A DNA stretch of 32,000 nt from Candidatus Hadarchaeota archaeon. GTDB lineage: Archaea > Hadarchaeota > Hadarchaeia > Hadarchaeales > Hadarchaeaceae. Numbering within the stretch: the first letter of the stretch is position 1; the number at the start of each line of letters is the position of its first letter. Below, piece after piece: positions 25,207 through 32,000 of this stretch. Location: assembly GCA_964514965.1 (NCBI GenBank), contig CAZETV010000001.1, positions 360,001-392,000 on the forward strand. Reading direction: 5' to 3'. Made by a program: the position numbers and the translations under genes. Below the pieces are notes generated by a model. The model made no database searches. It saw nothing but the letters and a program-made list of their open reading frames with translations, and was not told the origin of the DNA.

Positions 25207-25830
25207 TTATTTCACCCTCACAAAAACTTTGGCTGCAATACCACGACCAATCGCCAGCGTGGTGCCCCTCACGGAAACCATAAGTGGGCCGCGAAATAGG
25301 GCTGATTTGACTACCTTTATCTCTGTACGGGGTGTTAGCCCAAGGTCGGTGAGCCTTTGGGAAGTCCCCCGTCCGCCTCCGATGAACGATACAATACCTT
25401 TCTGCCCGTCCAAAAGGCTAGTTAGTGACACAATGTTGCTGGGGGCGCCTGGGGGCAGGAATCTACCCCCTTCAAATCTTTGGTGGATAACTCGCTCAAG
25501 GTCATCTGGAATGTGATGCTCCAGCTCACATGCATCTTTATGAATCCTAGATTTCGGCAGGCCAAGATTGCTCAAAAACTTTTCCATCACCCTATGTTTT
25601 CTCAGAACTTTTTTCCCGATTTTTTCACCTTCAGGCGTTAAAGTGACTCCTCGATAAGGAACATATTTCAGGTACCCTTGCTTGGCTAATTTTTTCAGCA
25701 TCTGGGTCGCACTTGCAGGGGCCACTTTAAGCTCCTTAGCTACGCTAGTAGTGGTGGCGGCTTCTCCTCGCTCGTACAGGCAGTAGATTGCCTCCAAATA
25801 CTCCTCGGTGCTTTCTGTTGGCATAGACAA
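25207..25830 (-). CDS. DtxR/IdeR-family iron-dependent regulator with a C-terminal FeoA/SH3-like domain
   Basis: EEYLEAIYCL....TTTSVAKELKVAPASATQMLKKLAKQGYL, then LTPEGEKIGKKVLRKHRVMEKFL and EHHIPDDL, then a FeoA-like tail LLDGQKGIVSFI....SQRLTDLGLTPRTEIKVV. The track start is TTG 25830, and ATG 25824 is more likely. The stop is 3 nt from the feoB ATG. Confidence 0.8.
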   Translation of the reverse strand: MSMPTESTEEYLEAIYCLYERGEAATTTSVAKELKVAPASATQMLKKLAKQGYLKYVPYRGVTLTPEGEKIGKKVLRKHRVMEKFLSNLGLPKSRIHKDACELEHHIPDDLERVIHQRFEGGRFLPPGAPSNIVSLTSLLDGQKGIVSFIGGGRGTSQRLTDLGLTPRTEIKVVKSALFRGPLMVSVRGTTLAIGRGIAAKVFVRVK

Positions 25831-25832
25831 AT

Positions 25833-25875
25833 TTTAGGAATGCCTAAATTTAAAGTTTTGGTTAGCCTAAATTTT
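25833..25875. promoter_or_regulatory. DtxR-type iron-box-like operators upstream of the dtxR-feoB operon
   Basis: TTTAGGAATGCCTAAA (25833-25848) has arms TTTAGG/CCTAAA. A second site at 25856-25875 contains GGTTAGCCTAA, which matches the core of the classical DtxR/IdeR box TTAGGTTAGCCTAACCTAA. Both overlap the A/T-rich TATA-like region next to the start codon. Confidence 0.6.
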
Positions 25876-26008
25876 GAAAATACTTGGGCCCAACCGCGAG
25901 TTTAGTGGTTTGATTTTCCATGCATGCAGTGCACGCTTTGGCTATGATTTATCCAGATAATTTTTTCAAATTTTTATCCAATATAAACAACCCACACCCA
26001 AATCCTCG

Positions 26009-26272
26009 GTGGGAGAGATGACCACTTTACCCTTTGTTGTCGTGCTAGCCATAGCCTGGCACATAAGCTTAGCTTTGCTCGAGCGCTCACGCCATCCCAA
26101 ACAGACTAGACCCCCGCTGGCGAAGCTCCTGCTTTCAGTCGAGGTGGATCTGCTCAGGACACTCAGGAGCGAACTCAAACGGCGTCTTCAACTCAGGCGA
26201 GAGCCTATGAGTGAGCGGAAACTGTCAGAAGTTGAGAAAAGGTTGGAGGAGCTGGGTGGAGATGAGAGATGA
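26009..26272 (+). CDS. Small hypothetical protein: N-terminal hydrophobic segment plus charged coiled coil (first gene of the ATPase operon)
   Basis: Probable ATG at 26018 (MTTLPFVVVLAIAWHISLALL), then RSELKRRLQLRREPMSERKLSEVEKRLEEL. A TTTTTATCCAATATAAAC box lies about 30-45 nt upstream. The 3' end overlaps the next start by 11 nt. Confidence 0.5.
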   Translation: MGEMTTLPFVVVLAIAWHISLALLERSRHPKQTRPPLAKLLLSVEVDLLRTLRSELKRRLQLRREPMSERKLSEVEKRLEELGGDER

Positions 26273-26864
26273 GTTGACATTTGAGTCATTCTTGGCCGCG
26301 GTTAACCGTTTTCTGGAATTGCCGCTCAAAGATGTGAGTTCAGCGGGTGGACTCTGGCCGAAACTAGATAACATGCTAGATTGGGCCCTCGGTGCAATCA
26401 AATTCGATACACCCCACCATTTGCGCTTGGCCAAGCTTGTATCCTCACTTAAAGCTGCGGCTACGAAATTTCTACAATCTCTGCTCAACGCGAAGCGTGG
26501 CGGCTACCTGCGCGATGATTGGACGCGCTTTGCCGAACTCGACTTCATCAAACTCAAAGACGAGGTTCTGGCCTTAAGAGAATTTTTGGTTGATGAAAAA
26601 GATTTTCTAAAGTTTTCTTTCTTGCGGGCGAGGTTGACAACTTTCAGCAAGGTTGACCCGGAGATATTGTTTAAAGAGCTGCATGAGGGGCAGGCGATAA
26701 GCGAGCGCACATGGGTACTCCTCATGACTCAGCCGAACGCGTGGCGAAAAGCGCTCAAAGACCGCAGGATTTCTGACGAGCTGACGCGCATATCGAGCTG
26801 GTTTCTCGATCTGCAGGAGACGAGGAGGGCACGAAAGTGTTTGGTGAGAAAGACGGCAAAGTAG
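26262..26864 (+). CDS. Hypothetical all-helical protein (about 200 aa), no recognised family
   Basis: The track ORF starts at 26211, but ATG 26262 (MRDELTFESF) gives typical stop/start coupling with the upstream gene. Composition is protein-like and there is no TM segment. Confidence 0.55.
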   Translation: MRDELTFESFLAAVNRFLELPLKDVSSAGGLWPKLDNMLDWALGAIKFDTPHHLRLAKLVSSLKAAATKFLQSLLNAKRGGYLRDDWTRFAELDFIKLKDEVLALREFLVDEKDFLKFSFLRARLTTFSKVDPEILFKELHEGQAISERTWVLLMTQPNAWRKALKDRRISDELTRISSWFLDLQETRRARKCLVRKTAK

Positions 26865-27115
26865 TACTTGCTGAGCACGGACGGTGGATAGCCAGCCTTC
26901 GGGACGACGCGCGGATGCTTGAGCAACGCCTCAGAGGTCTAGAGCGAAGGGTGGCGACGCTTGAGGCAAACCTCACGGAGCTGACGAAGCTTTACGGCAA
27001 GCTCGACCTATCACAGGCCCAGCTCGGAGATGAAATTGCTCGGCTGGCTTCTAGAGTCGATGTCTTGATTGGAAAACTTCACAGGAGTGTAAAGTCCGGG
27101 AGGCGGAAGGGATGA
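26837..27115 (+). CDS. Hypothetical coiled-coil protein (about 92 aa)
   Basis: Heptad-rich LEQRLRGLERRVATLEANLTELTKLYGKLDLSQAQLGDEIARLASRVDVLIGKL. The start is uncertain (GTG 26837 or ATG 26915). The stop overlaps the ATPase start as ATGA. Confidence 0.5.
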   Translation: MFGEKDGKVVLAEHGRWIASLRDDARMLEQRLRGLERRVATLEANLTELTKLYGKLDLSQAQLGDEIARLASRVDVLIGKLHRSVKSGRRKG

Positions 27116-29307
27116 ACTGCAAGCCAGCGATAGTCAGGCTGGGGGATGAACGGGTATTGAGGTTCAAGTGCGAGGGCTGCAAGCACGGCGCCTCAATCGA
27201 GGAATCAGAAGCCTGCATGCGCGAGGTCGTGCGTGCGCTCGCCGAGTATCCAGAGGTTAGTGCTGTACTTCTCTCAGACATCTACGAGCGCGAATACAAA
27301 GGCCCTAGCTTGGCTGAACTTGAAGAGATAGCAAAAATATTCAAGGCGTGCAAAAGCTGGCCATTCGCCCACCTCGCGCCGACCGATTGCAAACGTTGCG
27401 AGTCCGAGCGCAGGCAACAGCTCAAAGACGTACTCGATGTGATGCCGGGAGACCCTGCACGAGCGCGAGAAGAACTTGAGGTCATCGTTCGAGAATTGCG
27501 GGCGAGGTCCAAGCAGGGAGCAGAAAAGTGCAAGCGATGCAGAACGCTCTTCATCGAGCGCGCTTTAGCTCCAATGTTGTCACCACTGAAATGCGCGAAG
27601 CTAGCAAGCACCGGGCGGAAAAATCGCGAGGGATACGCTAAAATCCTACGAGCGCTCATCCGCCCGTGTTTCATGAGCTCCCGCCTCGTACTTGAACCAC
27701 CAACGGGAGCCGAGTTAGTCGACGCCTATCGGGTTGGAAATAGTGAGGTTCGAATTTACCGATTAGAAGGTACGCTTCAGCACCTCTACTTCCTAATTCT
27801 TCCCGAGCATAGACTCCCCCACAAACAGGTGCTGCTCTTGCGCCGGGCACGCCAAGTTCTTCTGGAGCAACGACCTGAGTTCGAACTCAACCCGCTTCGA
27901 GCGCGAGAGCAGCTCACGCACCTCGGTGGGAACCTCATGACCAAACTGGTGATTGATGAAAAACTGGATGTCACTAGGGAGGAGGTGGAGGAGCTAGCCC
28001 AACACCTAGCCAGATTTACTGCGGGCCTAGGAGTGCTCGAAGTTCTGCTAGCAGACGCCCGAGTACAGGATGTCTATATCGATGCACCAGTTGGGCGAAC
28101 GTCAATCCACATCTATCATCGAGATTTTGAGGAATGTCTCACGAACATCCACCTTGCGCCTGACGATGCTGAGTCGTTAATCTCTCGTTTCCGCGCCATC
28201 AGCGGAAGGCCGTTCTCTGAGGCCGACCCGGTGCTCGATCTGAATCTCGAGGGCGTGAGGATAGCGGCGATCGGGCATCCTCTGAGCCCGGAAGGGTTGG
28301 CGTTTGCGCTGCGCAGGCATAAGCCGACCCCATGGACTTTGTCCCAGTTCATCAAGGCAAAATTCCTGACTCCCTATGCTGCCGGCTTGCTCAGCCTGAT
28401 GGTCGACGCCCAGACATCATTGCTAGTGACGGGCAGCAGGGGGTCGGGTAAGACTTCCTTGCTCGGCGCCCTTATGCTTGAGCTCCTGCCGAAGTCTCGC
28501 GTTATCGTACTAGAGGATACTTCCGAGCTTCCCATCGAGCAACTCCGAATTCTAGGGTTCAAAATCCAATCGCTCCGCGTGCAGTCGGCCGTTTCGGGCA
28601 CTTCTGCTGAACTTCGAGCTGAGGACGCGCTTCGGGCTGCTCTTCGCTTGGGTGAGTCGATACTTGTGGTAGGTGAGGTCCGAGGCGAAGAGGCTCGCGT
28701 TCTCTACGAGGCGATGCGGGTAGGGGCTGCGGGCAACTCGGTCATGGGCACAATCCACGGCGCCACGACGCGAGATGTCTTCGAGCGCGTGGTCTATGAT
28801 TTGAACATCCCAGCCAGCTCCTTCAAAGCTACGGACGTTATCATCGCGGCAGCGCCCATTCGACCGCGAGGCAGCGTTGCTCGGATGCGCAGGGTAGTAC
28901 AGGTAACCGAGGTCCGCAAGGGCTGGCGAGAAGATCCAATGAGCGAGGAGGGCTTCGAAGATTTGATGAAATACAATCCAGCAGAGGACGAGCTCGAACC
29001 GACGCGAGCGCTCACTGAACTAAAGTCGCAACTAATCAAGGACATCGCCAGAAAGTGGGGCACTAAGCCGAGGGAGGTCTTGAGGAATCTCGAGCTTCGG
29101 GCGGAAGTCCAAGGAGCGCTTGTCGAAGCGGCTAATAGACTCAAAAAACCCGAGTTGCTTGAAGCTGAATTCTCGATGCGCTCGAACCTCGTGCTCCATA
29201 CTTTGCTAGAAAAACAATTGCGAAATAGACAGATTAATTATCGCTCAATTTTTGAATGCTGGCGCTCTTGGCTTCGGGATTCGGCTAGGAAATACACAAG
29301 GGTGTGA
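27112..29307 (+). CDS. Type II/IV secretion-family ATPase (archaeal FlaI/ArlI/PilB-like) with a roughly 290-aa Cys-rich N-terminal extension and a C-terminal helical extension
   Basis: VQDVYIDAP...FALRRH precedes the ATPase core. Walker A is VTGSRGSGKTS (28432-28455), the Asp box is VIVLEDTSEL, Walker B is ILVVGEVRGEEA and the His box is VMGTIHG. The N-terminus carries CEGC, CKRC and CKRC. Confidence 0.85.
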   Translation: MNCKPAIVRLGDERVLRFKCEGCKHGASIEESEACMREVVRALAEYPEVSAVLLSDIYEREYKGPSLAELEEIAKIFKACKSWPFAHLAPTDCKRCESERRQQLKDVLDVMPGDPARAREELEVIVRELRARSKQGAEKCKRCRTLFIERALAPMLSPLKCAKLASTGRKNREGYAKILRALIRPCFMSSRLVLEPPTGAELVDAYRVGNSEVRIYRLEGTLQHLYFLILPEHRLPHKQVLLLRRARQVLLEQRPEFELNPLRAREQLTHLGGNLMTKLVIDEKLDVTREEVEELAQHLARFTAGLGVLEVLLADARVQDVYIDAPVGRTSIHIYHRDFEECLTNIHLAPDDAESLISRFRAISGRPFSEADPVLDLNLEGVRIAAIGHPLSPEGLAFALRRHKPTPWTLSQFIKAKFLTPYAAGLLSLMVDAQTSLLVTGSRGSGKTSLLGALMLELLPKSRVIVLEDTSELPIEQLRILGFKIQSLRVQSAVSGTSAELRAEDALRAALRLGESILVVGEVRGEEARVLYEAMRVGAAGNSVMGTIHGATTRDVFERVVYDLNIPASSFKATDVIIAAAPIRPRGSVARMRRVVQVTEVRKGWREDPMSEEGFEDLMKYNPAEDELEPTRALTELKSQLIKDIARKWGTKPREVLRNLELRAEVQGALVEAANRLKKPELLEAEFSMRSNLVLHTLLEKQLRNRQINYRSIFECWRSWLRDSARKYTRV

Positions 29308-31083
29308 TTGAGCTTGCTCGAAAAGTTTTACACGGAGGCTTGCCATTTAGCAGGTAAATTAAGATGGTTCAGGCTGGAGCAGCAAGCAAACGACGAGTTA
29401 CGTGAAAATTTGGAATCCGCTGCGTTGGGGGTTCGGGCCGAGGAGGTCGTTGCACTGGCTTTACTCGCTAGTTTTCTTTGCGCGGTATTTGTAGCAGGAA
29501 CAGTAATCCTGTTTACAACGGCTGAATCCCCGCTAACAGCTCTCCCGATTGCACCGATGCCTTTGATAGCTTACGTGCTCGTTGGATGGTACCCAAAATG
29601 GCGCGCTGAGCAACAACGAATTCACGGCCTAGGAGAGGTTCCGCTGTTGATTAATTACATCACGATGTCAATGAAAGTCGTCCCAAACTTAGAGCGAGCC
29701 ACGGCCTTCGCTGCCGAAAACGTGGATGGTCTCCTTGGAATGGACCTTAAGGATGCTCTGCGTCGCACATACCTACGCGCCCATGCCGGGGTCGGGGAGG
29801 CTCTGACGGGATTCGCGAAGCACTGGGGAGAATGCTGTAAAGAACTCAATCGCTCAATCTATTTGCTTCGAAGCTCTGTGTCGGAAAGGACCGAAGTCGC
29901 CCGCTTGCGGACACTAGACCGCGCCCTTGAGCTGAGTCTTCGCGGCACGCGCGACCGGATGATAAACTTCGCGGCAGGGCTCCACCTCCCAACGCTCCTT
30001 ATCTACAGCGTAGGCGTGCTCTTGCCCTTAGTGTTGGTGGCCATCTTGCCAGTGCTCTCGGTTATCGATATCAGCATCAATGCCATCCAAGTCTTCTCAA
30101 TCTATTGCATCGCTCTCCCGCTTGGAGTATACGTGCTCAGCCGTTGGACGTTGGCGAAGCGTCCAGCCACATTCTCACCACCTAAGGTGTCGATTGAAAC
30201 GAGCCGAACCCGCGCCCTTATGCTTGCGGGACCACTTACGGCCGCACTAATGGTAATCGGACTCTTCTCACCTGTCGCAGACGATTTTCGCGCTATTTTG
30301 CTCCTTTGGGCCCTAACGCTTGGCATCACCACATACTTCCATTTGACCACAGCGCGGGCTTTCGAGAGACGTGGTCGCATCGAACAGATAGAGGGAGAGT
30401 TCTGCGACTCACTCGTTCAACTGGGCAACCGGATAAGCGAAGGGCGCCCGGCCGAGGATGCACTCAAACATGTCGCGGACACCATGCAAGGGAGCGAGCT
30501 TGCAGGTGTTTTCGCCCAAGCATCAACTAACATCCGACTGGGGAGCATGGGGCTTCGAGCCTCACTCTTCGACCCAGAGCGTGGGGCGCTCCAAGAAATC
30601 CCCTCGCGAACAATCCAAAGCGTACTCTGCCTGCTTGTAGAAGTTATTGAGCGAAACACTCGAGCGGCTGGAGCTGCGATCCTGAGAACGGCTGATCATC
30701 TCAATGAGCTGAAGCAGGTGAAGCTCGACATCCGACGCTCACTTGGGGAGGTCGTGACATCAATGCGTTCGGTCGCTCTCTTCTTTGCACCATTCATCGC
30801 CGCTATAGCCGCGCGTATGCAGAGTTTCCTCGCTTCGAAGACAGCCCCCGTTAGTCTCTGGGGCCCGGGAACCGGTGTCTCGTCGTCAACCTTCCTGTTC
30901 GTGCTCGGGTTCTATGTTGTGTTGCTAACCGCGACCCTGATGAGCTACGCGATCGAGATCGAAACCGGAGATGACCCAGTATCAAAGCGCGTGGCGCTCG
31001 CACGGGCCTTACCCATCGCACTTGGGGTTTTCACCTTGGGTTCGATCGTCGGGAAATACATGCTCACCGCAATCATCGGCTGA
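29308..31083 (+). CDS. FlaJ/ArlJ/TadC-like polytopic platform protein (T2SS-F family)
   Basis: 591 aa with a TTG start abutting the ATPase stop. About 9 TM helices are arranged as two membrane blocks separated by soluble helical regions, the usual size and position for the platform partner of FlaI/PilB-type ATPases. Confidence 0.7.
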   Translation: MSLLEKFYTEACHLAGKLRWFRLEQQANDELRENLESAALGVRAEEVVALALLASFLCAVFVAGTVILFTTAESPLTALPIAPMPLIAYVLVGWYPKWRAEQQRIHGLGEVPLLINYITMSMKVVPNLERATAFAAENVDGLLGMDLKDALRRTYLRAHAGVGEALTGFAKHWGECCKELNRSIYLLRSSVSERTEVARLRTLDRALELSLRGTRDRMINFAAGLHLPTLLIYSVGVLLPLVLVAILPVLSVIDISINAIQVFSIYCIALPLGVYVLSRWTLAKRPATFSPPKVSIETSRTRALMLAGPLTAALMVIGLFSPVADDFRAILLLWALTLGITTYFHLTTARAFERRGRIEQIEGEFCDSLVQLGNRISEGRPAEDALKHVADTMQGSELAGVFAQASTNIRLGSMGLRASLFDPERGALQEIPSRTIQSVLCLLVEVIERNTRAAGAAILRTADHLNELKQVKLDIRRSLGEVVTSMRSVALFFAPFIAAIAARMQSFLASKTAPVSLWGPGTGVSSSTFLFVLGFYVVLLTATLMSYAIEIETGDDPVSKRVALARALPIALGVFTLGSIVGKYMLTAIIG

Positions 31084-31442
31084 GCAAACGTTTAATTAAA
31101 TCACAGAAATTACCCCAAAATACACTTCTAAATCCATTATGTTAGTCATATTTGATGCCTATTACCTTAATATATAGATTATAGATGAAAAATTTTTGGC
31201 CAATACTCTACTTAAATTTTTAAAATGCTAAAAAATGAAAAAAATTAAATTTAAAAATATTAAAAAAATTTTTGGTGCGATATTAGTCAAAAAAAAAAAA
31301 AAAATAATTAAAAATAGAAAATTAACATTATTTTACCTTTAATCCTTTCTCCATCTTTATTATTTTAATAAAAATTAGTCCCAACTTTTTTAGACCAAAA
31401 ATTTATATCTAAGTAAAAATCGATTAAATTTGAGGAATTTAA
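31084..31442. other. Extremely A/T-rich intergenic tract with an A16 run and repeated AAATTTTTGG boxes; contains the lrp promoter
   Basis: A16 at 31289-31304. TGAAAAATTTTTGG at 31186-31199, AAAAAAATTTTTGG at 31262-31275, and the inverted copy CCAAAAATTT at 31395-31404 overlapping TTTATATC (31402-31409). Confidence 0.7.
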
Positions 31443-31871
31443 ATGGATGGAAAAGACTACAAAATAATTGAAGCTCTCCAAGAAGGTGCTAGAACACCTC
31501 TGCGGAAGATATCTAAGCGGGTGCATATGAGCGAGTCTGCGGTCCGGAAGCGAGTGAAACGGCTAGAGCACGCTGGAGTGATCGAGGGGTACACCGCCGT
31601 TGTCAATCCATCAAAGCTGGGATACAACACTATGGCTTTTGTCGACTTGGATGTTATACCGGACAAACACCGAGAGGTCATAGACGGGCTAATGAAGTTA
31701 AGGGAAGTAAGAAAGGTATTAACTTCGACTGGCGAGTATGGGGTAATGAGCATGGTCTGGGCACGTGACAACAGTGAACTGAATAATATTCTCCAAAAAA
31801 TTGGTGGAATTGAGGGTGTCAAAAAGACCAGCACAGTAATAATCCTTGAACGAATAAAAGACATGTGCTAA
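31443..31871 (+). CDS. lrp: Lrp/AsnC-family transcriptional regulator
   Basis: DYKIIEALQEGARTPLRKISKRVHMSESAVRKRVKRLEHAGVIEGYTAVVNP is the HTH_AsnC part, followed by a RAM/ACT-like domain (AFVDLDV...VLTSTGEYGVMSMVWARD). 142 aa. Confidence 0.9.
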   Translation: MDGKDYKIIEALQEGARTPLRKISKRVHMSESAVRKRVKRLEHAGVIEGYTAVVNPSKLGYNTMAFVDLDVIPDKHREVIDGLMKLREVRKVLTSTGEYGVMSMVWARDNSELNNILQKIGGIEGVKKTSTVIILERIKDMC

Positions 31872-32000
31872 TCGAGGTAGTGCTCAACCAAGTAGATAAA
31901 ACAAATCTATCACTCATAGCAGCAAAAATAAGAGGGTAAACCGTCATCGCAGCGGGGAAGCACACTTGCCGATTAGATTCCCTAGTTAGTAGAACTAGTG

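Noticed and set aside
31084-31442. The A/T-rich tract could be a replication origin
   Set aside because: No ORB or mini-ORB-like repeats of the GGTGGAAA / TTCCAC type were found and no adjacent orc1/cdc6 gene. The repeated boxes fit Lrp-type operator palindromes better.
1-32000. CRISPR arrays, transposases or IS ends, integrases, rRNA or tRNA genes
   Set aside because: I scanned for regularly spaced direct repeats, terminal inverted repeats and canonical tRNA T-loop signatures. The only tandem repeat found is the 23/25-bp operator pair at 21311-21358.

Overview
The window looks archaeal, probably from a euryarchaeal or Thermoplasmatota-like genome, though that lineage call is only inference. 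Supporting genes are a class I CCA-adding enzyme, a 20S proteasome beta subunit, pyruvoyl arginine decarboxylase, a Dph6-like PP-loop ATPase and QueC, plus A/T-rich TATA-like boxes about 25-35 nt upstream of many start codons. Coding density is high and most genes are housekeeping. The left edge holds a type I R-M methylase (hsdM, running off the window and absent from the ORF track) preceded by a stand-alone RadC-like JAB protein. Next come a TolB-like propeller, an HD phosphohydrolase, and a transglutaminase-like surface protein broken at a homopolymer next to psmB. These are followed by a double-OB protein paired with a TctA/DUF112 membrane protein, Dph6, an HDAC-like deacetylase, a GC-rich non-coding island, a sub-threshold AbrB-like ORF and cca. 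After those lie an MthK-like RCK channel interrupted by one in-frame TGA, thpR, Mth938, HAD, queC, DUF296, a short FdrA-like protein and trxB. Two DtxR-family metal regulons share a TTTAGG-N3-5-CCTAAATTTAA operator; one of them contains feoB. pdaD and an unusual YjeF_N-DUF523 fusion sit between them. The most system-like element is a tightly coupled five-gene operon at 26.0-31.1 kb. It encodes a FlaI/PilB-family ATPase with a long Cys-rich N-terminal extension, a FlaJ/TadC-like platform protein and three unassignable helical or coiled-coil proteins, with no pilin, archaellin or prepilin peptidase in the window. It ends at a very A/T-rich 360-bp tract upstream of an Lrp/AsnC gene. No rRNA, tRNA, CRISPR array or transposase was recognised. 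All family calls come from motif recognition by eye, and no database search was run.
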